From assembly GCF_009914755.1 (NCBI RefSeq), contig NC_060925.1: 64,000 bases of DNA. One strand, written 5' to 3'. The position numbers and the translations under genes were made by a program. The DNA comes from the human T2T-CHM13v2.0 reference genome, Homo sapiens. Positions 15,067 to 30,065 of the stretch are shown piece by piece. The notes below the pieces were generated by a model, which saw only the letters and a list, made by a program, of their open reading frames with translations, made no database searches and was not told the DNA's origin. Position 1 is the stretch's first letter. Every line of letters starts with the position of its first letter.

Positions 15067-16306
15067 GTAAAAATGTGTTTCTCAAATTTTCCCACCTAGG
15101 TCTATATACCAAATGGCCTTTGGACATCAAGAGCATTGTCCTTGGCTTGTTTCTTTACCCATTCTCAGGTTGACCATTATGGCTAGAGCTACAATACAGG
15201 AGTATAGGTAGGAATTTCACTCAGGCAAAAAAGAGATTAAGTCCTTGTCAAAAAAGTTTTGTTAAGAAATTAACAATTTTTATGTCCTTTAAAAGTTGGT
15301 TCCCTGCATAGAACCCCAGCTACCTCACCCTGAGTATGGCCCTTCTTAGGGCACTGGTCAGAGATGTTTTGATGATAAAGGACCATCTGCATAATCATTC
15401 ATTATCTTTTGGGCAGTGGGTAAACAGCTTAAAGAGTAATTTTTAGAGGTTTATTTTATTTTAATTATCAAATTTGAAATCTTGCCAATGCAAAGATACT
15501 GTTTTTGTGAGAGCATTTCTATAAGATCAAATCCTTTCCAAAAGGGATATTTTGTTTCACCTGGCCAAGAGAATATCTTTGCTTTTTTTAAAGACTCCTC
15601 CCCTATCACTCAGCTATACCTTAAGCTAAAATTTCTTCTCCAGAAAAGCCAGACAAACACTTTATTTCACGTGTTTTAAAATTATATAAGAAATATAACA
15701 GTAGCACAAAAGTTTAGAAAAGAGAACAATTGGGGGCAAATCATAGTCTCAAGGCTTTAACATAACACTGATTGTGTGCATCCCCTCTCAATATTTTGTT
15801 ATATACGTGCTTCGGAGAACAGTAAAGTAACAACTAGACGACACCTTCTTTTACCCATGGTTCCCCAGTTAAAATCTTGCTGTTTGCCAAAGTCTAGACT
15901 GGCAAAAACTAAAGTTACACTCTTGACCTTCTATTAATCAGGTCTTAAAAACATATTACTATTTAATATGGCTTTATAAAAGAAGCCCCATATATACAAA
16001 TTGGTTTTTTGAGTGTATGGGTGAAGTTTTCAGTTCTCTTGAGTCCCTAACTTTGGCCCCTCCTCTTTATTTTATAAGTTGAGTAAAAAGGTTGTAAGAG
16101 TTGAACCTTCCACTCCATAGGTTTTGAATCCTGTACTTCAGTGGTTTGTCAATGCCAGAGGACAGACTAGTGCTGGTCTGTGGCAAAGCTGTCACCTACA
16201 TTTCCTACATTTTGGTGTTAAAGTATTTTTTAATGAAATTGTAGTGATGGTATATTTTTTCCCTTGATGTTCTTCCATATTTACCAAAATTTAAAAAACC
16301 CAAACC

Positions 16307-16455
16307 AGCTGAGTACTGTGTCTCATGCCTGTAATCACAGCACTTGGGGAGGCTGAGGTGGGCGGATCATTCGAGGCCAGGAGTTTGAGACCAGCCTGGG
16401 CAACATAGCAAGACCTCATCTTGCTATGTTAAGATGTTAATTAAATAAATAAATA
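16307..16455 (+). mobile_element. Alu monomer (FLAM_C-like)
   Basis: Left-arm Alu sequence only, with an A-rich tail. Confidence 0.75.
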
Positions 16456-16488
16456 CCCAGAATCTGTGACAGTCTTCTGAATGTTTGT

Positions 16489-16530
<42 letters not shown>
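16489..16530. repeat. (TG)n microsatellite
   Basis: About 20 GT units. Confidence 0.95.
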
Positions 16531-16531
<1 letters not shown>

Positions 16532-16880
16532 ACATGCGCATGTACCCATTTGTCTGTATATTTATCATGTCAGTGAAAATCTGGGAAACCTGTGGTAGCT
16601 GGCCACTCCTGGTATCAAATTTTCTAAGATGATTTGGTTGTGATAGTTGGGCTTTAGTCACCTGTCCTTATAACTATTTCTCTTATTTTAATGTATAGTT
16701 GATTCTCATGGAAGGGTAATGTTAATAAAGCTCACTGCTTCATGTTATTTTAATGTAGTTTAATAATTGATAAAGTAGTTTTTAACAAATTTTAAAGAAA
16801 AAAATCTTATTTTCTCAATTTTTTTGGTTAAAAAATATAATGAACATATTATAAGCCTACTGACCCATTGTTATTTATAG

Positions 16881-17071
16881 GTTTACCTAAAAGCGATATG
16901 GTAACACATCTTAAGCAAGTGGTAACAGAGTTTAAACAAGAGCTGCCTATCATTATAGCTCTGGGAAATCCCTGTCTCAAGCCAAGGCATTGGGAGGCTC
17001 TCCAGGAGATTATTGGGAAGTCAGTTCCGCTTGATAAATACTGTAAAGTAGAGAATCTTCTAGCTCTCAAG
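16881..17071 (+). CDS. DNAH14: Dynein heavy chain exon C (191 nt, phase 1/0; GLPKSD...LGNPCLKPRHW...LLALK)
   Basis: ttatag| acceptor, AAG|gtaaat donor; conserved L.NP.L..RHW motif. Confidence 0.9.
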
Positions 17072-17769
17072 GTAAATAAAAATGGTTTTTTAAAAAAATA
17101 GGTTGAAATACCAGATGGGCCAATTTTAAATAGGCGAGTAAATATACAATGGATAGGAATTAGGAAAGGAAGTTTATAAGAGTGCCTGGGAAAATAATAG
17201 TACATTTGTAGAATAATAGGTGATAGGAAATTATTTAATTGGAGATATTGGGTAAGCTATTAATTATTCCATTATTATTTAGGTGATTAAACAGTAATAC
17301 TGGTTTTCATGTATGACAGATAAAATTAGTGTTTCATTATTTAACAGTGCTATTTATACAGAATACATTTTATAGGAATGGAAATATCAAAACTATTGTA
17401 TTCATTATATGTAAAATGAAAATATATTAAGAGCATGTAAGAATTGCCCTACCTTAACATATATATAACTTGACATTATATTTAAAATGCATAATAAACA
17501 ACTATTTGACTTTCCATGTAAGTTTTATTATAAAAATATACTTTTTTCAATTTTTCCATGATTAAAAACTTTCTATTTTTATGTCTAACTTACAATAAGC
17601 TTCATTTATGTCTAATGTTTCATGGCTGACAACATATAATATAATCAAAACACATATTTTATACCTATAATTCTCTGCTAAATGATCTGTTGTAATGAGG
17701 AACATGAGCACCTTTTTTAAGAATTTAAAAAGAATTTTTTAAAAAACAACTTTTGTTTGTAAAACTTAG

Positions 17770-18064
17770 ATTATTTTATATCGCCAGCCCTAATCTCAAC
17801 TTTCTCGTGAACTCCAAATTCACATATGTAATCTCCTATTCAATATCTCTACTTATATGTCTAAGAAATACCTCAAAATTAACATGTCAAAAACATTCAC
17901 CTTTCATTCTCCATCTCCCAAATTCTGCTCTTCCTCTGTGTTTCTTATCTCAGTTGATGGTAGCTCCATTCTTCCAATTGTTTACACTAAAAATCATGAA
18001 ATAATTCTGAATCTTCTCTTTCATAATCCTCATCGTATCTAAATATCTCATCTTAGAGCCTCCT
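17770..18064 (+). mobile_element. L2 fragment
   Basis: ctcaaaattaacatgtcaaaaac / ctcagttgatggtagctccattcttcc L2-like segments. Confidence 0.55.
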
Positions 18065-19138
18065 AACTGATATACATGCCCAACTGATATACATGCCCAA
18101 GAGGAATTCAGCAAGATAGCTAGGTGATGTCAGAGCATAAGAGCAAATACCAACAGATGAATTTATTTCAAATCAGCATGCATAAAATCTAGCACAATTT
18201 TAGTGATATTTTTATATCCAGTCTTGGGTTATTGGAACTATTCTTGGGTAAGTTAGATAAAGGGTGAGAATTTTGCAGACTAAATGTAGCAGCAAGCTAT
18301 AAAAGTTAGGGTAGATAGGTACATATGATAGCAGCTGGTGGCCTACATGGGGTGGTGGCCTGTAATAACTCAAAGGGTTCCAATGAGCTATTACATGTCT
18401 AACATGAATAGATAGTTTAAAAAGGAAGTCCCATGCATTTTTTAGAGGTTCCCAATTAGGACAGTTTGACATGTGAACAAAAGTGAACAAGGTCTTCAGC
18501 CTTTGAAATACTGTAGTGAGGAGTTAGAGGAACCCCTTCTTCTTCTTGAAGATAATTATAATAATAGAAGGGATAAGGAGGCAATCAGCTGGTAATTTCA
18601 AGTGAACTCTAAGAGTTCCTGGATGATTTTGGCCATCCTGTAGAAATTTGACAATGTATCCAATATAATGTAGATGCCAAAATGGACAGGATTTGGCACA
18701 GAAACTCAGCCTTCATTTATTAAAACTTGCATTTTGGAGGATTGACCCAGAGGTGGTGGTCATGCTGCAAAACTTTCCAAGATAGGTCGTATTAGAAGTT
18801 CTATTAAATGAATAAAGTATGATGGCTTGCAGTTATATGACAACTATTTTGTCCAAGATGTTGTGCAGGCTCTGAAAAACCTACCACATGAAAAGCATTT
18901 CATGAAGTAAATTAAGAGCAAGAGCTCAATGGTATGCATATGATGAACACTATCATTTTATGGTTGATAATTTTCACTTTGGAAAGCCATATGCTTTATA
19001 ATAAAGTTAGATAATTAACTACAATCATCAAGATTCAGCTGAAACCACCCAGCTATTATCAAGTCAGTTGGAAGATCTGACTATTTGTCAGTCAGGTCCC
19101 ATACTTTAACCATAAAGACTTGACAAGGCTAGATTCAC

Positions 19139-19230
19139 ACTTAGAGTATAATAAAAAAAAAAAATTAAAAAATAAATAAATAAATAAATAAAATAAAATA
19201 AAATAAAATAAAATTAAATTAAAAAAAAAA
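19139..19230 (+). mobile_element. Extremely 5'-truncated L1 3' end (ACTTAGAGTATAAT) plus patterned A-tail, L1HS-like
   Basis: Matches the last 14 nt of the L1HS consensus, followed by about 78 nt of A/TAAA/TAAAA tail. Confidence 0.65.
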
Positions 19231-19959
19231 TTTTGCTTTACACATTATCAGTGTCTGCTGGATTGAATTTTTAGCAATCTCAGAATGTTAGCATTAGGCA
19301 CGAACTTTGATGGTTCTATAGTTCCTTATCTGCCTTTGGCTGAATAATCTATGTCAAAAGGTAGGCTTCTTTCCCAAAGCTGTTGCTTAAGGCCATAAGA
19401 AGTAACTGATCCCACCATCCTTAATAATTCATCTTTGGGAAGCATATAAGAGAAATGATGAAAACTAGTCATATCTGTTCATAATCCCCACTGAGTTGAA
19501 TTACTAAAACATAGGGATTGGGCATTATTCTTTAACACCATCGAGATGACATATAGGAATGGTGGTAGAGTCTTATCTACCAGGGATAAAACAATAAGTA
19601 AAAGCGTGTCACAAAGTAATTAAGCAGTTGGCATTAGGGCAGAGGAAAGAATGCTGAAGGAAATAATACCATCTACACATATACAGAAGGTGTATACTCT
19701 TTATAACTGGCTAGAATCAGAGGAAAGTTGGAAATTTTCACTGATTATGAAAAACGTGAAATAGGATGATTTTAAAGTGCAAAGGGATATGTCATGAAGG
19801 TTAGACCATGAAGTTGCTGGTAAGGATATAAACCTAACTGGAATTAGATCTTCAATATTTTTGATGTGCCTTTCAAAACTTGCATTTAAAATTTCCATTT
19901 TGGACATATCAGGAATTATTTGCTATACTGGATACTAAAGAATACTTTGTTCATTTTAG

Positions 19960-20205
19960 ATTTTTCAGTATGAAAATGAAATAAATGATATGTCAACCTC
20001 AGCAACTAATGAAGCTGCTCTTGAAAAAATGCTATTTAAGATTATTGATTTTTGGAACACTACTCCTTTGCCTTTAATTCTTCACCACACAGAGATTTAC
20101 TCTATCTTCATAATTCCATCTATAGATGACATATCAGCTCAGTTAGAAGAGTCTCAAGTCATACTTGCAACAATTAAAGGATCTCCCCACATTGGGCCCA
20201 TTAAG
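19960..20205 (+). CDS. DNAH14: Dynein heavy chain exon D (246 nt, phase 0/0; IFQYENEI...ATNEAALE...SPHIGPIK)
   Basis: ttttag| acceptor, AAG|gtaagt donor; A..E..LE and SP motifs of DHC_N2. Confidence 0.9.
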
Positions 20206-20435
20206 GTAAGTATTATGGCAAAGGAAAAATGTTTTCTTTTTCTGTAGTTTTATTTATTATTTCAATCTTTTGCGGTCTACAGTTTGCCTTTGAATTGTAT
20301 AAATCATTCATATACTTATATAAAAATTACAATGAATATTTACTAGATTGAATACCAAAAATAACTTTTTGTAGAAGCCTTAATTGTTCATGAGAAAATG
20401 TCAAAGTTTAATTTTGGCAGAAAAGATAAATTTAG

Positions 20436-20850
<415 letters not shown>

Positions 20851-21405
20851 CCTAATAATTATTTTAAAATGTCAAGAAACTCAACATGACATGTGATAAT
20901 ATAGAGATAGTAAGTAGCAAAATTAACATAATCATATACACACACATATATATACATGCATCTATATAAATAGATGGGGAGAGAGAGAAAGTATATACAC
21001 AACCAAGGGAACTCACATTATTTGTAATATTTAGGGAAAATGTCAGTTAATTGAAATTTTGAGGGAAAAAACTCAATAAATTACAGAAAAAAATAAACCA
21101 AATGGACTTTATTCTTTAATCACATGCAGTACAAAAAAAATGAACAGCAGAAAAACAGCAAAAAGGGCAGACAAAATAAAACACCCACAATAGAAATTTA
21201 AAAGCAACCATCAGAATATACAGGAAATGTAAGCTAATTTTTTAAAATTTAGAAGTAAGGAACAGGAGAAAATCACATTTCAAACCTGTCACAATTGGCT
21301 AAAGCCCTATGAAAATGAATATTTAAGCATTAAATGCCTTCATTAAAAATGAAAAGTGAATTTAATAAATGATAAATTAAGCACATTCAAGAAGCTGAAA
21401 AGAAC

Positions 21406-21406
21406 A

Positions 21407-21444
<38 letters not shown>
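21406..21444. repeat. (CA)n microsatellite
   Basis: About 18 CA units. Confidence 0.95.
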
Positions 21445-21448
<4 letters not shown>

Positions 21449-21495
21449 CCTTCTACTTCTAAGCAAGATGGAGTTTGGGGACCAGATTTACCATC

Positions 21496-21868
21496 TGTCT
21501 TAGTCCACTTAGTGTTGCCTTAACAATACCACACACTGGATGACGTATAAATAAAAGAAATGTATTTGGCTTATGGTTCTGGAGGCTGGGAAGTCCAAGA
21601 GCATGGGGCTGGCATCTGGCCAGGGCCTTTGTGCTACATTATTATCCTATGGTGGAGGCAGAAGGGCAAGTGAAAGCACAAGATGGATAGAGAAAGGGGG
21701 CTGAATTCCCACAATAACTAATCCACCCCTGTGATCATGGCACTAATCTATTCATTAGGGCAGAGCCCTCATGATCTAATAACCTCTTAAAGGCCCCACA
21801 TGTCACCATTGTTACAATGGCACTTGAGTTTCAATATGGGTTTTGGAGGGGACATTCAAACCACAGCA
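21496..21868 (-). mobile_element. MST-type (MSTB/C-like) MaLR solo LTR
   Basis: tgtcttagtcc...ggttctggaggctgggaagtccaag...acattcaaaccacagca; TSD ccatc/ccagc. Confidence 0.8.
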
Positions 21869-23562
21869 CCAGCTTGCCTGAAGTAGCCAAATCAGACTAG
21901 ACAAAATATATGGAACAATGGTTTTCGGGACACTGGACATCAGGTAATGAAGGACAAGGATCCCTGAGAGATGAGAAACAAACAAGGTAAGCCCTGTGAT
22001 TCTACCAACTTATTTCCTTGAGTTTCCAGACCTTGGAGAAGGAAGATGGGGAGGAGTACAGGCAGAGCCTGGCAGACTTCTGATATGAGGAGATGATGTT
22101 GAAGGTCTGGAGAACCAATGGAGGCTACAGTATTTAGGATAAACCACCAGGAAAGATAAAGCTGCGGAGACAGAGATCTTCATAGATTTGTGGCAGGCCC
22201 CTACACAAGCATTCAGCAGACCCAATCAATGACACGTGAAACTGCCAGAGGTCAGGGAAACAACCACTTGAGAAAATTAGAGGGAACAATGCCTGGTGCT
22301 CACACAGGGCTGGGAATAGTGCCTATATGCATGGTCAGAACAGAAAACCTCCTAATTCATAAGCACTCAGAGTCTTGCCACAGTAATATGGAATAACCAG
22401 TCCTGAATTAAATGTTGCTCCTGTCTTCCCTAACAGATCTTAAAAGCAAGACCTAAAATGATGAAACTGTAAGTGATTTAACTGCACCCAGAACAAAGCT
22501 CAAGACTATAGGAATATAATAATATCCAGTACGCAATAAGGTAAAATGTACAATTTCTAGAATGCCATCAAAGATTAGTAGACATGCAAAAAAGAACCAA
22601 AAATAGAACTCATGATGAAAACTTAACCAATGGAAATTGAATCTGAACTGACACAGTTATTAAAATTAGAGAAAAGGACATTAAAATGGTTATAAATTTA
22701 TTCCATATGTTAAAAAGTTAAGTAGAGAGGTAAAAATATAAAAAAGACCAAAATTAAACTTCTAGAGATGAAAACTACAATGTCTGAAGTGAAAAATACA
22801 TTGGATGAAATTAACACAGATTAAACAGGGCAGAAGAAAAGATTGGTGAATTTAAAAATATAACATTGGAAATGATTCCATATGAAACATAGGTAGAAAG
22901 AGAAATGTTAAAAATGAAAAGAGCATCAGTGAGCTGTGGGAAAGCTTCAGACAACCTACTAGACAAATAATTGGAGTTCCCCAAGAGGAGGAGTGAGAGG
23001 GAGAAACAGAAAAAAATACTGAGAAAATAATGATCAGAAATTTTCCAAATGTTTTGAAAACCATAAAGACATAGATTTACACTCAATACATTCTAAGCCC
23101 AAGAAACATCATAATTTCTCAAAACCAGTGGGGAAAATAGACAAATGACCAATACTAGGAATAGAAGAGATGACATTACTACAGATTCTGTAGATATAAA
23201 ATGTAAACTGGAATATTAAAAACAACTTTAAGTTAATTAAGTACTTAGATGAAATGGACAAATTCCTTAAAATACGCAAATTACTAAAGCTTACTCAAGA
23301 AGAAATGGATAACTGGAATAACCATAATATGTACTAAAGATATTTAACTGGTAGTTAAAAACAGTTTAAAACTTTCCTACAAGGAATAGTCTTGACCCAG
23401 ATGGCTTGTGCTATTTCTTTTTAAGGAATTTAATTTCATTTAAGGAAGAAATAATACCAGTTATGCACCAACTTTTTCAGAAAAGTGTAGAGAAAGGAAT
23501 CCTCCCTAACACATTCTATGAGGCCAGTATTACCCTGATACCAAAGCAAGACAAAGATATTA

Positions 23563-23943
<381 letters not shown>

Positions 23944-25520
23944 TTAAAAACTAGAAATCAATAGCCCTCTTAAATATAGATGCAAACATTCTAAAAAAAT
24001 ATTTCCAAATCAAGTCCGTCAATATACAGAGAATGTTGTATTATTACCAAGAGAGATTAATTTGAGAAATGCAAGGTTGGTTTAACATTCAAAAATCAAT
24101 CTACAATTTGCCATATTAAACATAAACAGGAAAAACAGAAGATATTCTCAGTACATTTTAAAAAATTTTTTACAGAATTCAACATTCATTCCTGATTAAA
24201 ATATGTCTCAACAAATTAAGAATAGAAGATAACATCCTGAATAAAGAACATCTATGAAAAACATTTTGTCCTTAATAGTGAAAGACTGAACGCTTTTCCC
24301 CTAAGATCAAGAATAAGGATGTTCTCCCTTACCAATTCTATTCTACATTTTACTGGAGTTTCCAGCCAGTGTACTGAAGTAAGAAAGAGAAATAAAAAAT
24401 GTCCAGATTGAAAAAGAAGAAGTAAAATATCATTTGTATTCCGATGACATGATTACCTATGTAAAAAAATCAAACAAAATTTACAAACTAAATAAAACTT
24501 ATTTTAGCAAGTTTGCAGGATACATGATTAGTATACAAAGTCAAATTCATTATATATACTGGCATTGAGAAATAGCATAAAAATAAGATATATAAACCTG
24601 AGAAAAATGTATAAGATCTGCACACAAAAAACTTCAAAACCCTGCAGAGAGAAAGAAGACTTAAAAAATGGAAGATACATTGTGTTCATCCATTGAAAGA
24701 CCTAATAAAGATGTCAAATATCACCAAATGGATCTCTAGATTCAACACAATCCTAATCAGAATCCTAGCAGACTACTTGTAGAAATTGACAAGCTGATTC
24801 TACAATTCTTGTGGAAATGTAAAAGTCCTAGAATAGTGTAAACAATTTTACAAAAGAAGAACAAAGTTGGAGCATTAAAACTACCTATTCAGAGGCTCAT
24901 TATAAGGCCACAGTTATCAAAACAGTATTTTTTGGTTTAAAGATAGACAAGAAAGAGAGAGTACAGAAATAGACCCACATACGTATGGACAACTGATTTT
25001 CAACAAATATGCAAAGATAATTCAGAGAAAAAACAGCCAATTTTTAAAGAAATTGTGCTAGCATAATTGAACAATCATATGCAAAACAAACAAAAAACTC
25101 TTAAGCCACATCTTACAACATACACAAACATTTAACACATAAAAGGATTATGGACCTAAATGCAAAACCTAAAACTATAAAACTTTGAGAAAAAACATAA
25201 GAGATATTTTTGTGACCTTGCTTTAGGCAGATTTCTTCAATATGGCACCAAAAGCACTATCCATAGAAGGAAAATTTATGTATTAGATTTCATCAAAATT
25301 AAAAATTCGTGCTCCTATAAAGACACTTTTAAGTGAATACAAATATAAACCAGAGACTGGGAGAAAATATTTGTAAAGCATACATCTGATAAAGGACTTG
25401 TATCCAGAATATATAAAGAACTCTCAAAATTCATTGATAAGAAAACAAAACAATCCTGTAAAGAGATGGGCAAAATATTAAAATAGAGACTTTACCAAAG
25501 TGGATATATGAATGGATCTA

Positions 25521-28500
25521 TGATTCATTGGTTTTCCTGAAAGAGAGGGAGAGAAAGAAAACAACTTAGAAAACGTATTTCAGGATATTGTTCATGAAAA
25601 TTTCTTCAACTTTACTAGAGGCCAACACTCAAATTCAGGAAACACAGAGAACCCCTGTGAGGTACACTACAAGATGACCATTTCCAAGACACATAATCGT
25701 CAGATTCTCCAAGTTGGAAAAAAGGAAAAATAAAGGCAGCTAGAGAGAAGGGGCAGCTCTACAAAGGAAACCCTATCAGGTTAAGAGCAGACCTTTCAGT
25801 AGAAACCCTACAAGCCAAAAGAGATTGGGGCCTATATTCAGAATTCTTACAAAATAGAAATTCCAACCAATATTTTCATATCCAGCCAAATTAGATTTCA
25901 TAAGCAAAGGAGAAATAAGATCATTTTCGGACAAGCAAATGCTGAGGGAATTTGTTACCACCAAACCTGCCTTAAAAGAGATCCTGAAGGGAGTGCTAAA
26001 TAAGAAAAGGAAAGACTACTACTGATCATTAAAATACACACTTAAATACATAGACCATTGACACTATAAAGCAACTACACAATCAAGTCTGAATAATACC
26101 CGGCCAACAACACAATGACAGAATCAAATATACACATATCACTACTAACCTTGAATGTAAACAGTCTACCCCTATTAAAAGGCAAAGAGTGGCAAGTTGG
26201 ATAAATAAGACCCAATAACATACTGTCTTCAAGAGACCCATCTTAACTGCAAGGACATCATAGGGTCAAAGAAAAGGATGGAGAAAAATCTACCAAGAAA
26301 ACAGGAAACAGAAAAAAGCAGGGGTTGCTATTCTAATTTCAGAAAAAAGCAACTTTAAAAACCAACAAAGATCAAAAAAGACAAAGAAGGGCTTTACATA
26401 ATGGTAAAGGGTTCAATTCAACAAGAAGATCTAACTATTGTAAATATATACACACCCAACACAGGAGCACCCAGATTTATAAAGCAAGTTCTTAAAGACC
26501 TAGGAAGAGACTTAGATAATGACACAATAATAGTGAGAGAATTCAATGCCCTGCTGACAGTATTAGACTATTGAGGCAGAAAATAAACAAAGATATTCAG
26601 GACCTGAACTTTACACTTGATCAAATGGACCTAATAGAAATCTACAGAACTTTTCACCCCAAAACAACAGAATCTTCTCATATGAACATGGCACATAAAA
26701 CAATTCTCAGCAAATTTAAAATAGTTAAATCATACCAACCACACTCAGTCCACAGTGCAATAAAAATAGAAATCAATACTAAGAAAATTTCTCAAAACCA
26801 TACAATTACATGGAAATTGAATAACCTGATCCTGAATGACTATTGGGTAAATAATGAAATTAAGAGATAAATCAAGAAATTCTTTGAAACTAATGAGAAC
26901 AAATATACAACATACCAGAATCTCTGGGATACAGCTAATGCAGTGTTAACAGGGAAGTTTATAGCACTAAACTCCCACATGAAAAAGAAAGAGCTCAAAT
27001 TAACAACCTAACAACACAACTAGAGGAATTAGAGAAACAAGAGCAAACCAACCCCAAAGCGAGGAGAAGATAATAAATAACCAAAATCAGAGCTGAACTG
27101 AAGGAAATTGAGATGTGGAAAGCCATACAAAAGACTGAGTTGAGGAGTTGGTAATTTGAAAAAATTAAGATACATAGACTTCTAGCTACAATCATAAGAA
27201 AAAAAAATAGAGAAGATCCAAATAAACGCAATTATAAATGACAAAGGGGACATTGCCACTGATCTGACAGAAATACAAGAAACCTTCAGAGACTACTATG
27301 AACACCGCTATGCACACAGACTAGAAACACTAGAAGAAAGAGATGAATTTCTGAGTGCATACAACCTCCAAAGACTGATCTAGGAAGAAATTGAATAATT
27401 GAACAGACCAGTAATGAGTTCCAAAATTGAATCTGTAATAAAAAGCTCAAGAATAGATCACAGCCAAATTCTACCAGATGTATAAAGGAGCTGGTACCAT
27501 TCCTACTGAAATGATTCCAAAAAGTTCAGGAGGAGGGACTCCTCCCTGACTCATTCTGTGATGCCAGAATCATCCTGATACCAAAACCTGGCAGAACACA
27601 ATGAAGAAAAACTTCAGGCCAATATCCTTGACAAACATGCACATAAAAATACTAGCAAACTGAACCCAGCAGCACATCAAAAAATCTAAGCCACTCTGAT
27701 GAAGCAGACTTTATCCTGGGATGCAAAGTTGGTTCAACATACACAAATGAATAAATGGGATTCATTACATAAACAGAACTAAAAACAAAAATCACATGAT
27801 TATCTCAATAGATGCAGAAAAAGCTTTCAATAAAATTCAACATTGCTTTATGTTAAAAACCCTCAACAAACTAGGCTTTCAAGGAACATACTTCAAAATG
27901 ATAAAAGCCATATATGACAAACCCGCAGCCAACATCATACTGTATAAGCAAAAGCTGGAAGAATTCCCCTTGAAGACCAGAAGAAGACAAGGATGCCATC
28001 TCTCATCACTCCTATTCAACATAGTGCTGGAAGTTCTAGCCAGAGTAATTAGGGAAGAGAAAGAAATGAAAGACATCCAAATAGGAAAAAAGGAAGTCAA
28101 ACTGTCTCTGTTTGTAGACCATATGATTCTATACCTAGAAAATGCCACAATTTCTGCACAAAAGCTCCTAGATCTGATAAACAACTTCAGCAAAGTTTCA
28201 GGATACAAAATTAATGTACAAAAATCAGTAGCATTTCTATACACCAACAACATCCAACCTGAGAGCCAAATCAAGAATGCAGTCCCATTCACAATAGTCA
28301 CAAAAAGAGTATGATACTAGGAATGCAGCAAACCAGGAAAGTGAAATATCTTTACAAGAATTACAAAGCATTGCTCAAAGAAATCAGAGATGACACAAAC
28401 AAAAGAGAAAACCATTCCATGCTCATGGATAGGAAGAATCAATATTACTAAAACAGCCATACTGCCCAAAGCGTTTTACAGATTCAGTGCTGTTCTTATC

Positions 28501-30065
28501 ATGCTACCAATGACATTCTTCACAGAATTAGAAAAATGTTTTAAAATTCATATGGAACCAAAAAAGAGCCCAAATAGCCAAGTCAATACTAAGCAAAAGA
28601 ACAAAGCTGGAGGCATTACATCACCTAACTTCAAACTATACTTCAAGGCTACAGTAACCAAAACAGCATGGTACTGGTACAAAAGCAGACACATAGAACA
28701 GTGGAACAGAATAGAGAGCCCAGAAATAAAGCCGCATACCTACGACCATCTGATCTTTGACAAAGTTGACAAAAACAAGGCATAGGGGAAGAATTTTATA
28801 TTCTATGGAATAACTGGAATAACTGGCTAGCCATATGCAGAAGATTGAAACTGGAACCCTTCCTTTCAACATATACAAAAATCAACTAAGCATGGATTAA
28901 AGACTTAACTGTAAAACCTAAACCTGTAAAAACCCTGGAAAATAACCTAGGAAATACCATTCTAGGGGCCAAGGCAAAGATTTCATAACAAAGTCACCAA
29001 AAGCAATTGTAATGTAAACAAAAATTGACAAATGGGACCTAATTAAACTAGAAAGCTTCTGCACAGCAAAAAAAAAAAAAAAAAAAAAACAACAAAACAA
29101 ACAAACAAAAAAACGCTATCAACAGAGTAAACAGACAACCTATAGCATGGGAGAAAATTTTTGCAAACTATGCGTCTGATGAAGGTATAATATCCAGAAT
29201 CTATAAGGAACTTAAACACATTTACAGGCAAAAAAAAAAAAAAAAAACAACCCCATTAAAAAGTGGGTAAAGGACACAAACAGACACTTTTCAAAAGAAG
29301 ACATACACATGGCCAACAAGCATATGAAAAATTTCTCATCACTAATCATGAGAGAAATACAAATCAAAACCACAATAAGATACCACCTCACACCAGTCAG
29401 AATGTCCATTATTAAAAGGTCAAAAAATAACAGATGCCAGTGAGGTTGCAGAGAAAAGGGAATACTTATACATTGCTGCTGGGGATGTAAATTAGTGTGG
29501 TGATTTCTCAAAGTACCTAAAACAGAACTACCATTCAACCTAGCAATCCCATTATTGAGTATATACCCAAAGGAATATAAAATTGTTCTATCATAAAGAC
29601 ACATGCACGCTTATGTTCATCACAGCACTATTCACAATAGCAAAGACGTGGAATTAACCTAAATGCCCATCAACAGTAGACTGGATAAAGAAAATGTGGT
29701 ACATATACCCCAAGGGATATATGCAGCCATAAAAGAAGAATGAGATCATGTTCTTTGTAGCATCTTGGATGGAGATGGAGGTCATTTTCCTAAGCAAACT
29801 AAGACAGGAACAGTAAACCAAATATTGCATGTTCTCACTCATAAATGGGAGCTAAACATTGAGTACACATGGACACGAAGAATGGAACAACAGACACCGG
29901 GGCGTACTTGAAGGTGGAGGGTGGGAGAAGGGTGAGGATAAAAAAGCTACCTATTGTGTGCTATGTTATTACCTGGGTAACAAAATAATCTGTATACCAA
30001 ATCCCTGTGACACGCAATTTACTTGTATAACCTGCACATGTACTCCTGAACCTAAAAGTTATACA
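25521..30065 (+). mobile_element. 5'-truncated older primate L1 (L1PA13-16/PB-like), ORF1 end to 3' UTR
   Basis: ORF2 fragments 26571-26870, 27796-28314 and 28390-28785; 3' end gaacctaaaagtt. Confidence 0.85.
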
